The notes below the pieces were generated by a model. The model had not been told where the DNA came from. It did not search any database and saw only the letters and a program-made list of their open reading frames with translations. A stretch of DNA of 64,000 nt. Origin: Verrucomicrobiota bacterium. Its GTDB lineage: Bacteria; Verrucomicrobiota; Verrucomicrobiia; Limisphaerales; Palsa-1400. The DNA lies in assembly GCA_049510745.1 (NCBI GenBank), contig JBEKYR010000013.1, positions 1 through 64,000 of the forward strand. The letters are read 5' to 3'. Positions 18,959-27,831 of the stretch are shown here, piece after piece. Each line of letters begins with the position of its first letter. Position 1 is the first letter of the stretch. The translations under genes were made by a program, and so were the position numbers.

Positions 18959-19426
18959 TCACGGCTTGAAATCCACGCCGTTGGACGGCAACAGAGCTTC
19001 CATCGGGAGAATCTCCCCCGCGTTTGTCGCTCGATTTGTGCCGGAGGGTTTGACCGGACCAATCAAAGGTGGAAGGTTGGTGAAGGCCAGCGGCGGCGGC
19101 GATTCGCTTGCGGCGGGCGTCCGCTGGCCGTGTCCAAAGTAAACGCCCAGCCCCAAACCGGCCAGCAGCACCACCGCCGAGCCGGCGTAGGACAGCCGCG
19201 GCCGCAAAACCGCGACCTGCCAAAAGTCCCGCATTTGTCCGCGCATCTTTCCGAGGACGGCCCTGACCAACGGCCCCAAGGCGGGCTTGGCCGGCGAACC
19301 GGATTCCTGCCAGTCCCACTGCGCGCGGCAGCCCGGGCACGTGACATGAATGGTTCCGTAAGACGTGACAACGCGGAATTTCAGTCCGCATTGCGGGCAA
19401 CGGATGAGGAGCGTTGCGGCGGTCAT
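18959..19426 (-). CDS. Hypothetical zinc-ribbon + single-TM protein
   Basis: CPQC...CPGC followed by the TM segment AVVLLAGLGLGVYF. Confidence 0.55.
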   Translation of the reverse strand: MTAATLLIRCPQCGLKFRVVTSYGTIHVTCPGCRAQWDWQESGSPAKPALGPLVRAVLGKMRGQMRDFWQVAVLRPRLSYAGSAVVLLAGLGLGVYFGHGQRTPAASESPPPLAFTNLPPLIGPVKPSGTNRATNAGEILPMEALLPSNGVDFKP

Positions 19427-19542
19427 AATCGACAGGCAGTGACAGCCACAAAAAGCCACGCAACCACCCGAAAGTCAAGCCGTCTGACGGCTTTGACTTC
19501 TTTGCTTTTTCGGTCATATTTGGCGCTGACAGAATTTAAACT

Positions 19543-20319
19543 ATGACTGAGGAATCGACCGAGGCGCTCCGCGCCGAACGCGACCGTTTGGCTCGCGCCC
19601 TGACCGACTGCACCGCGCAACTGGAAGCGATCACGCGCGAGTTCGGGCAATTCACCCATTCGGTGTCCCATGACCTGCGCGCCCCTTTGCGCGCGATGGA
19701 AGGGTTCTCACAAATTCTGCTAGAAGACTACGCCGCCAAGCTCGAAGGCGACGGCAAACGGGCGCTGGAGGTGATGTGCGCCGGCGCGCACAAGGCCGCG
19801 GTGCTCATCGAAGACCTGGCGGCCCTTTCCCGCTTGTGCCGCAAGCCCTTTCAGCCTGCTCCGGTCAACATGGGGGAATTGGCCGCTCGAAAGATCGCCG
19901 AATTGCGGGCCGCGGGCACGGAGGCTGCCTTTCAAGTCGATGCGCTGCCCGAAGCCTGGGGAGACCCGGAGTTGCTGGCCGTGGCGTGGGAACAACTGCT
20001 GCGCAACGCCGTTAAATTCACCCGCCGCCAGCCCAAGCCCGCCATCGCCATCACCGGGCGCGTCGAAGGCCGGCAGGCTGTCTATTGCGTGCGCGATAAC
20101 GGAGCGGGCTTTGATCCCAAGCACGCCGACCGCCTCTTCGCGGTCTTTCAGCGGCTGCATGACGAACAGGAATTCGAGGGGCGCGGCCTGGGATTGGCCA
20201 TGGTGCAGCGGGCGGTTCATCTGCATGGCGGCAAGGTCTGGGCGGAAGGCAAAGTCAACGAAGGAGCCGCGTTCTTCTTTTCGCTCCCCCTCGCGGAAAC
20301 CGCGGCCACACGTGAATAA
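19543..20319 (+). CDS. Histidine kinase (HisKA + HATPase) without a sensor domain
   Basis: H-box SVSHDLRAPLR; N-box QLLRNAVKF; G1 DNGAGFD; F-box LFAVFQRLH; G2 GRGLGLA. Confidence 0.9.
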   Translation: MTEESTEALRAERDRLARALTDCTAQLEAITREFGQFTHSVSHDLRAPLRAMEGFSQILLEDYAAKLEGDGKRALEVMCAGAHKAAVLIEDLAALSRLCRKPFQPAPVNMGELAARKIAELRAAGTEAAFQVDALPEAWGDPELLAVAWEQLLRNAVKFTRRQPKPAIAITGRVEGRQAVYCVRDNGAGFDPKHADRLFAVFQRLHDEQEFEGRGLGLAMVQRAVHLHGGKVWAEGKVNEGAAFFFSLPLAETAATRE

Positions 20320-20357
20320 ACTTTGAACCCGCGCGGTTGAACGCATAAAGTGCGGCG

Positions 20358-20924
20358 ATGACGAGCGAAGAAACCTTGCGAATTTTCCGCCAGACCGGCG
20401 CGCTGCTCGAAGGCCATTTTATTCTTCGCAGCGGCTGGCACAGCCGCCAGTATTTTCAATGCGCGCTCGCTTTGCAAAACATGCCGGTCGTCGAACAATT
20501 CGGCCGCGCCCTGGCCGCCAGGGTGCGCCCGCTGGGCGCCGCGACCGTCATTTCTCCCGCCCTGGGCGGCTTGGTCATCGGCCAGGAAGTGGCCCGCCAA
20601 TTAAAGGCGCGCTTCATTTTCACTGAAAAGGAGGAGGGCAAATTGGCCTTGCGGCGCGGGTTCCGCATCGCGCCCCGCGAAAAAATGCTGGTGGTCGAAG
20701 ACGTGGTAACCAAAGGCGGGCGCGTCCAGGAAACCATCCAAATCGTCCGCGCCCACCAGGGCGAGGTGCTGGGCGTGGCCGTGATTGTGGACCGCTCGAA
20801 CGGCGCGGCGGATTTTGGCGTGCCCCTGTTCAGCTTGCTGTCTCTCAACGTGGAGACGTTCGAGCCGGATAAACTGCCGCCCGACCTGGCCGCGATGACG
20901 GCGACCAAGCCGGGAAGCAAATAA
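20358..20924 (+). CDS. pyrE: Orotate phosphoribosyltransferase
   Basis: GHFILRSGWHSRQY; PRPP-binding motif VVEDVVTKGG. Confidence 0.92.
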   Translation: MTSEETLRIFRQTGALLEGHFILRSGWHSRQYFQCALALQNMPVVEQFGRALAARVRPLGAATVISPALGGLVIGQEVARQLKARFIFTEKEEGKLALRRGFRIAPREKMLVVEDVVTKGGRVQETIQIVRAHQGEVLGVAVIVDRSNGAADFGVPLFSLLSLNVETFEPDKLPPDLAAMTATKPGSK

Positions 20925-20925
20925 T

Positions 20926-22407
20926 ATGGCCTTCGAGAGCTTCGCCCAGTTCGTGCAGACGCTGGAAACGGCCGGCGAACTCAAACGCATTCGCCAGCCG
21001 GTGGCCACGGAATTGGAAATCACCGAATTGGCCGACCGCGAAATGAAATCCCCCGGCGGTGGCAGGGCACTGCTGTTCGAACAACCGACGGTCAATGGCC
21101 AGGTGTCGCCCTTTCCGCTGGCGATCAACACGCTCGGTTCGCATCGACGCATGGCATTGAGCCTGGGCGCGGCCTCCGTCGAGGAGGTGGCGGCGCAACT
21201 GGGTTCGCTGATCCAGCCTAAACCGCCGGCCAGTTTTTCCGAAGCTCTCAAACTGCTCGGCACGGCGCTCGAATTGCGCCATGCCAAGCCAAAACAGGTC
21301 AGCCGGGGGCCTTGCCAGGAAATCATCCACCGGCAAGCCGACCTGCCATCCGCCGCGCCGGGCGGCTGCCCCACCCTGCTCTCTTTGCCCATCCTCAAAT
21401 GCTGGCCGCTGGATGCCGGGCGTTTCATCACCCTGCCCTGCGTCGTGACCAAAGACCCGGACACCGGCGCGCGCAACGTCGGGATGTACCGCATGCAGAT
21501 TTTCGACCCCCAGACAACCGGCCTGCACTGGCAACTGCACAAAGTCGCCGCCCGCCACGGCAAACGGTACTTCCAAACCGGCCAGCGCATGCCCGTAAGC
21601 GTCTTTCTGGGCGGCGACCCTGTTTTCACGTTTTGCGCGACAGCCCCCCTGCCGGATGGTTTGGATGAGTTTTTGCTCGCCGGTTATTTGCGGAAACGAG
21701 CGATCGAACTCGTCCCCTGCGTGAGCAATGACCTGGAGGTCCCGGCCGGGGCGGATTTCGTCATCGAGGGCTACGTCGATCCGCAGGAACCGCTCCGCAC
21801 CGAAGGCCCCTTCGGCGACCACACCGGCTATTATTCGCTGGCCGATCTCTATCCCGCCTTCCATGTCACCGCCATCACCCATCGTCGCGACGCCATTTAC
21901 CCGGCGACGGTTGTGGGAATGCCGCCGATGGAAGACTTCTATATTGGGACAGCCAGCGTGAAGCTCTTTCTTCCGGTGCTGAAAATGAATTTCCCCGAAC
22001 TGGTTGATCTGGCCCTGCCCGCCGAAGGGGTTTTCCACAACCTGGTCTTTGCCAGCATCAAGAAGAGCTATCCCATGCAGGCCTATAAAATCATGCACGG
22101 CCTCTGGGGAATGGGCCAGATGATGTTCACCAAATACATCATCGTGGTCGATGACGATGTCGATGTCCACAACACCAGCGAGGTCCTCTTCCGTCTCTGC
22201 GCCACCACCGACCCGCAACGCGACGCGCTCTTCACGCGCGGGCCGGCCGACGTGCTGGACCACGCCACGACGGAACTGGCCATCGGCTCCAAGCTCGGCC
22301 TGGACGCCACCCGGAAGCTGCCGGGGGAAGGCTTCAAGCGCCCCTGGCCCCCGCTGATCAAGATGGACGCCGAAATCAAAAGAAAAATCGACCGGCTTCA
22401 AATTTAG
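20926..22407 (+). CDS. ubiD: UbiD-family (prFMN-dependent) decarboxylase, probably the menaquinone (MqnL-like) type
   Basis: RNVGMYRMQ, EGPFGDHTGYY and KLGLDAT motifs. Confidence 0.88.
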   Translation: MAFESFAQFVQTLETAGELKRIRQPVATELEITELADREMKSPGGGRALLFEQPTVNGQVSPFPLAINTLGSHRRMALSLGAASVEEVAAQLGSLIQPKPPASFSEALKLLGTALELRHAKPKQVSRGPCQEIIHRQADLPSAAPGGCPTLLSLPILKCWPLDAGRFITLPCVVTKDPDTGARNVGMYRMQIFDPQTTGLHWQLHKVAARHGKRYFQTGQRMPVSVFLGGDPVFTFCATAPLPDGLDEFLLAGYLRKRAIELVPCVSNDLEVPAGADFVIEGYVDPQEPLRTEGPFGDHTGYYSLADLYPAFHVTAITHRRDAIYPATVVGMPPMEDFYIGTASVKLFLPVLKMNFPELVDLALPAEGVFHNLVFASIKKSYPMQAYKIMHGLWGMGQMMFTKYIIVVDDDVDVHNTSEVLFRLCATTDPQRDALFTRGPADVLDHATTELAIGSKLGLDATRKLPGEGFKRPWPPLIKMDAEIKRKIDRLQI

Positions 22408-22477
22408 ACTGGCGCTGGCGCGCGGGGGTTTGGTAGTGTTTGCGCAGGTGAATTGTTCGGCACATGAAAGTTTTGAT

Positions 22478-23059
22478 ATGAATAAGAATCATTTGAAAGC
22501 ATTGATCCCCCTGGGCCTGCTGGCCCTTCTCCCCAACGTGGCTTCCGCTCATATCCTGCCCGGAACGGCGCATGGATTCCAGGATGGCTTGGCTCATCCT
22601 TGGACAGGCTGGGACCATTTGCTGGCCATGTTCGCCATCGGCCTCTGGGCGGCGCAACATCGCGGACGCGCCGTTTGGCTCATTCCGCTGAGTTTTGTCG
22701 CGGTGATGATCGGCGGCGGAATTGCCGGGGTGGCCGGCGTTTATATGCCGGGAACGGAACTGGTGATTGCGGCGTCGGTGCTGGTGTTGGGAGGATTGAT
22801 CGCCACCAGGACGCGCTTGACACCCGGTTGGGGGATGGCGGTGGCCGGACTCTTTGCCCTGTTTCACGGATACGCCCACGGGCACGAGATGCCGGCGGCC
22901 GCCAGCGCCGTGTGGTTCAGCGCGGGCTTCGTGGCCTCGACCCTGGCGCTGCACGGGCTGGGCATCGCGGCGGGCTTAGGCTTGCGGGAACGTCCCCGCG
23001 CGGTGCGCCTGGCGGGAGCGGCGATCGCCGTTTGCGCGGTATGTTTGATTGCGGGCTAA
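22478..23059 (+). CDS. hupE: HupE/UreJ family nickel/cobalt transporter
   Basis: Signal peptide ending A-H; HPWTGWDHLLAM; FHGYAHG. Confidence 0.9.
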   Translation: MNKNHLKALIPLGLLALLPNVASAHILPGTAHGFQDGLAHPWTGWDHLLAMFAIGLWAAQHRGRAVWLIPLSFVAVMIGGGIAGVAGVYMPGTELVIAASVLVLGGLIATRTRLTPGWGMAVAGLFALFHGYAHGHEMPAAASAVWFSAGFVASTLALHGLGIAAGLGLRERPRAVRLAGAAIAVCAVCLIAG

Positions 23060-23066
23060 GTTAAGT

Positions 23067-23091
23067 TGGCGGCGTCGCGCTGCCGCCGCCA
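23067..23091. terminator. GC-rich hairpin between convergent genes
   Basis: TGGCGGCG-N9-CGCCGCCA; no clear U tract. Confidence 0.4.
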
Positions 23092-23108
23092 CTGACGGCC
23101 CTTGTCTT

Positions 23109-23453
23109 CTACAGCGTGGACTTGCCAGAAGCTTTCACCTTGGCCCAGCGGGCTTTGGCGATGGCGGCTAGTCTGGCGCGCGTCGCGGCGCTGACGTGGC
23201 GTTTGGCTTTCTTGGCCGCCTTTGCGGCTTTGCGGCGTCCCTTCACTTTCGCCCAGCGGGCCCGTTGCGCCGCGCCGATACGCGCCCGGGCGGCGGCGGA
23301 CATGCGGCGGCGGCGGCGCCTGACGGCGCGGACAGGAGCTTCGCTGCTGCCACCCGCGATGGCGCTGAGTTGGGACTCGAGGTCTTCAATTTGTTCCTTG
23401 ATCGCAACTACTTTTCGCAGTTGGTCAACTGTCAGGTTCTGCAGATTTGTCAT
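23109..23453 (-). CDS. Small highly basic protein, putative nucleoid-associated/histone-like
   Basis: N-terminal coiled coil followed by two SAA.RAR(I/L)..A..ARWAKVK repeats; very K/R/A-rich. Confidence 0.75.
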   Translation of the reverse strand: MTNLQNLTVDQLRKVVAIKEQIEDLESQLSAIAGGSSEAPVRAVRRRRRRMSAAARARIGAAQRARWAKVKGRRKAAKAAKKAKRHVSAATRARLAAIAKARWAKVKASGKSTL

Positions 23454-23533
23454 ATAGAGGAGTCGAGATTGTTCGCTCTAGCCCAACATGTCAAGAGAAG
23501 ATATAGGCCAAATTTATGCTAGGAATCAGGTTC

Positions 23534-24781
23534 CTAAGAGAACTCAAAGGTCACGTCACCGAGGCGCGCGCGAATCTCGCCCAGAACGCGCTCCTCCTCA
23601 ACGGCGTCTTTGGCGATGAAGGTAACACTGAAACGAAGGTACGCGCCGGCGTCGTCCCAGGGGACTGTCGAGATCAGCTTTTCCCTGATGAGCCACTGGG
23701 AAACCTCCTCGGCGTTTTTGAACTCCCAACGCCGGCCCTTGCCCCTGGCGGCTTTCGGAGCCGGGACGTAGAGAAAGAAGGAGCCTTTGGGTTTGGCGGC
23801 GGCAAAGCCCGATTGCTTCAGCACATCGACCAACCCGGTCATGCGGCGGGAGTATTTGGCCGCGATTTTTTCCGTGATTTCCGGATGCTCCAAGCCGTGG
23901 GCCACGGCGTGCTGGATGGCTAGGAACTGGCCCGAATCGGAATTGTCCTTGATGTCGGCGTAGGCGCGGACAAGGCGCTCGTTGCCGGCGACAAAGCCGC
24001 AACGCCAGCCGGTCATGTTGAAGCTCTTGCTGGCGGAATGGAGTTCAAGGCCGATCTCCTTCGCGCCGGGGGCGGCCAGAAAGCTCAACGGCTTGCCCTC
24101 GAAGACCAGCGCGGCGTAGGCGGCGTCGTGAATGACGGCGATTCGGTTCTTGACAGCAAAGGCGACGACCCCGGCAAAGAACTCCGGCGTCGCGCTCGCG
24201 CCGGTGGGATTGTTCGGATAATTCAAAACCAGGGCCTTGCTCTTGCGCAGGACTTCCGGCGGAATCGATTCCAAGTCGGGCAGGAACCGGTTGGACGCCA
24301 GCAAGGGGAGTTGATGGACCAGGCCGCCGTAATACCTGGCGTGCGTGCCAAAGACCGGGTAACCCGGCGTGGTCATCAGCACGTAATCGCCCGGATCGAC
24401 CAGCGCGGCGGGTAGAATCGTGAGCGCGGCCTTGCTGCCGATGGAATGCACGACCTCCGTTTCGGGATTGATGCCCGGCACGCCGCACACTTTATCAAGG
24501 TAGCGGGCGGCGGCTTGTTTGAGGACGTCATCGCCATTATCGGAGTAACCGCGATTCTCCGGCTTGCGCGCCTCCTCGATCAACTTGGCCACGACTTCGG
24601 GAAACGCCATCTCGTCGGGTTCGCCGACGCCGAGGTCCAGGATTTCCGCGCCGGGATGGGCGGCGAGGGCGGCGCGTTTGGCCCGCTTTATCTTCTCGAA
24701 TTTATAGATGGCGGTAGATTTGCCGTAATCCTTTCCGCCGATGCGGGCGGCGAATAAATATTGCAGGAATGACTCAGACAT
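23534..24781 (-). CDS. dapL: LL-diaminopimelate aminotransferase (class I/II PLP)
   Basis: NYPNNPTG, DAAY, SKSFNMTGWR; the FAARIGG...YKFEKIKRAK N-terminus is typical of this DapL subgroup. Confidence 0.85.
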   Translation of the reverse strand: MSESFLQYLFAARIGGKDYGKSTAIYKFEKIKRAKRAALAAHPGAEILDLGVGEPDEMAFPEVVAKLIEEARKPENRGYSDNGDDVLKQAAARYLDKVCGVPGINPETEVVHSIGSKAALTILPAALVDPGDYVLMTTPGYPVFGTHARYYGGLVHQLPLLASNRFLPDLESIPPEVLRKSKALVLNYPNNPTGASATPEFFAGVVAFAVKNRIAVIHDAAYAALVFEGKPLSFLAAPGAKEIGLELHSASKSFNMTGWRCGFVAGNERLVRAYADIKDNSDSGQFLAIQHAVAHGLEHPEITEKIAAKYSRRMTGLVDVLKQSGFAAAKPKGSFFLYVPAPKAARGKGRRWEFKNAEEVSQWLIREKLISTVPWDDAGAYLRFSVTFIAKDAVEEERVLGEIRARLGDVTFEFS

Positions 24782-24868
24782 AACCGGCGCCCAAGCTACC
24801 GGAAGCCCGATACGGAAACAAGCTGTGGAATGGTAGTGCGGACAAAAACGGATGCGGCGGGAGCCGGG

Positions 24869-25090
24869 CTAAGGAGTGACACCCAAAGCCGGCTTATCGA
24901 ACTTCACGCCCTTGCGGATGGCATGGTCCACCATTTCGGCGACATAACGGCGGCGCTGGGCAAGCGGCAGGAAATTCACCCGCGCCATCTCCTCGCCGAA
25001 GGAGCGGACATGGAACTCGTAGATCGCCTGCCGCAGCTTTCGGCGCACCGCAGGCGGCCACGGCTTCTTCCGCTGTCCGGTCTTTTTCAT
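24869..25090 (-). CDS. Small hypothetical protein (73 aa)
   Basis: ATGA overlap with the upstream small ORF; plausible codon usage. Confidence 0.55.
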   Translation of the reverse strand: MKKTGQRKKPWPPAVRRKLRQAIYEFHVRSFGEEMARVNFLPLAQRRRYVAEMVDHAIRKGVKFDKPALGVTP

Positions 25091-25290
25091 GCCGCTGACA
25101 TCCTAAAGTGTTCGCGGACATCTGGCAACCACGCCATAGCGGACGGATGCACAATCCGGGCCAGCGCGTCGTGCGCCTCAGCGATCATGCGAGCGATGCC
25201 ATAGTCACGCAACGGATTGATGGGAAGGTGGTTTTCCGCGCATCGAACGCGGAGGTCGTGTTGAACGGGTTCCGCGTAAGTCAAAGACAT
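25087..25290 (-). CDS. Small hypothetical protein (67 aa)
   Basis: Purine-rich sequence upstream of the ATG; coupled to 24869..25090. Confidence 0.5.
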   Translation of the reverse strand: MSLTYAEPVQHDLRVRCAENHLPINPLRDYGIARMIAEAHDALARIVHPSAMAWLPDVREHFRMSAA

Positions 25291-25381
25291 GGCCCTTCTT
25301 TACCGTCGCGCGCCCGCCACGTCGAGCGCCAAAGCCGCATGTTTATGGGATTGCGCCCGGTTCGGGTTTCGTGCCACTTAG

Positions 25382-27628
25382 TTGGCACGATTGAAACCGC
25401 GCCCCAAAATTCAGCAGGCCGCGCCCACGCCGGCGCCTCCGCTCCGCAATTGGCTGTTTCGCATCGCGGCGCTGGTGGTCATGCCGTTGCTGGCGCTGGC
25501 GGTGTTGGAGGCGGGGCTGCGCCTGGCGGGCTGCGGCTATTCGACCGGCCTGTTCGAGAAGGTCCGCCTGGATGGCCGGGATTATCTGCTGAACAACGAG
25601 AAGTTCAGCCTGCGCTTTTTTCCGCCGGATTTGTCCCGCTGGCCCAGCCCGCTGATGATGGAATCGGTGAAACCCGCCGGCGCCTGTCGCATTTTTATTT
25701 TTGGCGAATCGGCCGCGCAAGGTGATCCGGAGCCGTCGTTCGGAGCGGGCCGTTATTTGGAAGTTTTATTGCGGGAACGGTATCCGGGGGTGAATTTCGA
25801 GGTGGTCAACGTCGCGATCACCGCGATCAATTCCCATGTCATCCTGCCCATCGCCCGCGAATGCGCGCACTACCAAGGCGACCTTTGGATTATCTATATG
25901 GGAAACAATGAAATGATCGGGCCCTTCGGCGCCGCCACGGTTTTCGGCGCCAAAGCTCCACCTTGGCCGGTGGTGCGATTGGGATTGGCGCTCCAGACCA
26001 CGCGCGTCGGCCAACTGCTCATGGACCTGGGCCGAAAACTGAAAGGGAAGGCCTCCGGACCGGGCGTTTGGAGCGGACTGCAAATGTTTCTCGGCAACCA
26101 ACTGGCGCCCAATGATCCGCGAAAAGAGGTCGTCTATAAAAATTTCCAGCGGAACCTGCAAGACATTCTGCGGGCGGGCCGTAACGCCGGCGCCGGCATC
26201 GTCCTGAATACGGTGGCGGTCAACCTCAAGGATTGCCCGCCCTTTGCCTCGCTCCCCTCCGGCAATCTCGCGCCGGCCGACCGGGAGAAATGCGACCGCC
26301 TCTGTGCGGAGGGACGCGGGGCGGAGATGAAAGGCGACTGGAAGGCGGCGGCGGCTGATTTTGGAGAGGCCGTCGCGCTGGACCCGCAACTGGCCGAAGC
26401 CCAATTCCACGAGGGCGAAGGCCTCTTGCAGTTGAACGAGGCCGCGAAGGCCGCCGGGCATTTTCAAAAGGCGTGCGACTGCGACGCCCTGCCCTTCCGG
26501 GCCGATTCCCGGATCAACGGGATCATCCGCGAAACCGGACGGCAACTGGGCGGACCGGACGTGGTTTTATGCGACGCCGCGGCCTCCCTGCCCGGAGCCG
26601 GGCAAATTCCCGGCCAGGAAACGTTCTACGAGCACGTCCACTTCAATTTCGACGGCAATTACCGGCTGGCGATGTTGTGGGCAGCCCAGGCCGAGCGGCT
26701 CCTGCCGGGAAATGTCAAGACCAAGGCGAAGGGCGGCTGGGCTTCCCAGGAAGTCTGCGAGGCGCGCCTGGGCCTGACGGATTGGAACCGGAGCGACGTG
26801 TTCAACGCGGTGCGGCAGCGCCTGGAGCGGCCGCCGTTCAACAGCCAGTTCAACAACCAGCGGCGCGTGGCCGGGTTGTCGAGCCGGATCGACCGCATGT
26901 TGCGGCAAATGGACGCCACGGCGGCAACGAAGGCGCGCGCGCTCTACAACGATGCCATTGCCCGCGCCCCGCGCGATTATGTGCTGCATGAGAACTACGG
27001 CGAATTTCTCGAACTGATCGGGGACATCAAGCAAGCCGCGCTGGAGTGGAGGCAGGCGCGGGAATTGATGCCGCGCAGCCCGTTCGCGTTTCTAACCGAA
27101 GGGCAATTGCTGGAGAAGCAAGGGGAGTTGGCCTCTGCGCGGGAGGCCTTTCGGCAAGCCGTCCAGATTCATCCGCGCTACGCCGAGGCCTGGTTTGAGT
27201 TGGGCAAACTCGCGGCGGCGGAAGGAAAACTGGAGGAGGCGCTGGAAAACTATCGACGGTCGGCGGCGTTGCAGCCCAACGATCCGCAAACTTATCTTCA
27301 TATGGGCAAGGCGCTCTCGCTCTTGAAGCGAACGGACGAGGCGGCGCAAAATTTCCGGCGCGCGCTTGAATTGGACGGGTCGAATTGGGAGGCGCATTAC
27401 GCGCTGGGCGGGGAGTTGGGCACGCGCGGGCAGGTGGCGGAGGCGAAAGCGGAATTCCAGCAAGTGGTTCGCCTGCGCCCGCAGTTCGCCCCGGGCCACC
27501 TGAACCTGGGAATTGCCCGGCTCAAACTCAATGACCCGGAGGGCGCGCGGGAGCAATTCGCCGAAACCCTGCGCCTGGACCCCGGCAACAAACCGGCCCG
27601 CAGTTATCTCGATGCCGCCGGCAGATGA
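25382..27628 (+). CDS. Membrane-anchored SGNH/GDSL-like hydrolase domain + TPR repeat protein
   Basis: N-terminal TM; RIFIFGESAAQG (block I), YMGNNE (block III), FYEHVHFN (block V); many TPRs. Exact start uncertain. Confidence 0.75.
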   Translation: MARLKPRPKIQQAAPTPAPPLRNWLFRIAALVVMPLLALAVLEAGLRLAGCGYSTGLFEKVRLDGRDYLLNNEKFSLRFFPPDLSRWPSPLMMESVKPAGACRIFIFGESAAQGDPEPSFGAGRYLEVLLRERYPGVNFEVVNVAITAINSHVILPIARECAHYQGDLWIIYMGNNEMIGPFGAATVFGAKAPPWPVVRLGLALQTTRVGQLLMDLGRKLKGKASGPGVWSGLQMFLGNQLAPNDPRKEVVYKNFQRNLQDILRAGRNAGAGIVLNTVAVNLKDCPPFASLPSGNLAPADREKCDRLCAEGRGAEMKGDWKAAAADFGEAVALDPQLAEAQFHEGEGLLQLNEAAKAAGHFQKACDCDALPFRADSRINGIIRETGRQLGGPDVVLCDAAASLPGAGQIPGQETFYEHVHFNFDGNYRLAMLWAAQAERLLPGNVKTKAKGGWASQEVCEARLGLTDWNRSDVFNAVRQRLERPPFNSQFNNQRRVAGLSSRIDRMLRQMDATAATKARALYNDAIARAPRDYVLHENYGEFLELIGDIKQAALEWRQARELMPRSPFAFLTEGQLLEKQGELASAREAFRQAVQIHPRYAEAWFELGKLAAAEGKLEEALENYRRSAALQPNDPQTYLHMGKALSLLKRTDEAAQNFRRALELDGSNWEAHYALGGELGTRGQVAEAKAEFQQVVRLRPQFAPGHLNLGIARLKLNDPEGAREQFAETLRLDPGNKPARSYLDAAGR

Positions 27629-27675
27629 CTTTGGGCTTTAAACTTCAAACTTTGAACCTTAAACTGGGATCAAAC

Positions 27676-27828
27676 ATGTGGCCGTTGTTCAAAGAGTTTG
27701 TTAAATTCTGCAAGCAGGAGAAGAAGTGGTGGCTGATCCCGCTGATTGTCCTGTTGCTGGTGCTGGGCGCCATTCTCATCTTTACAGCCAGCTCGGGCAT
27801 CGCCTGGGCCCTGTATCCGTTCATGTAA
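27676..27828 (+). CDS. DUF5989 / SxtK-like small membrane protein
   Basis: KKWWLIPLIVLLLVLGAILIF..SS..A..LYP pattern, adjacent to a carbamoyltransferase. Confidence 0.8.
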   Translation: MWPLFKEFVKFCKQEKKWWLIPLIVLLLVLGAILIFTASSGIAWALYPFM

Positions 27829-27831
27829 TCG

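Noticed and set aside
22408..22477. Cobalamin riboswitch ahead of hupE (or ahead of nrdJ)
   Set aside because: The gap before hupE is only ~70 bp, and no B12-box was recognised at either site.
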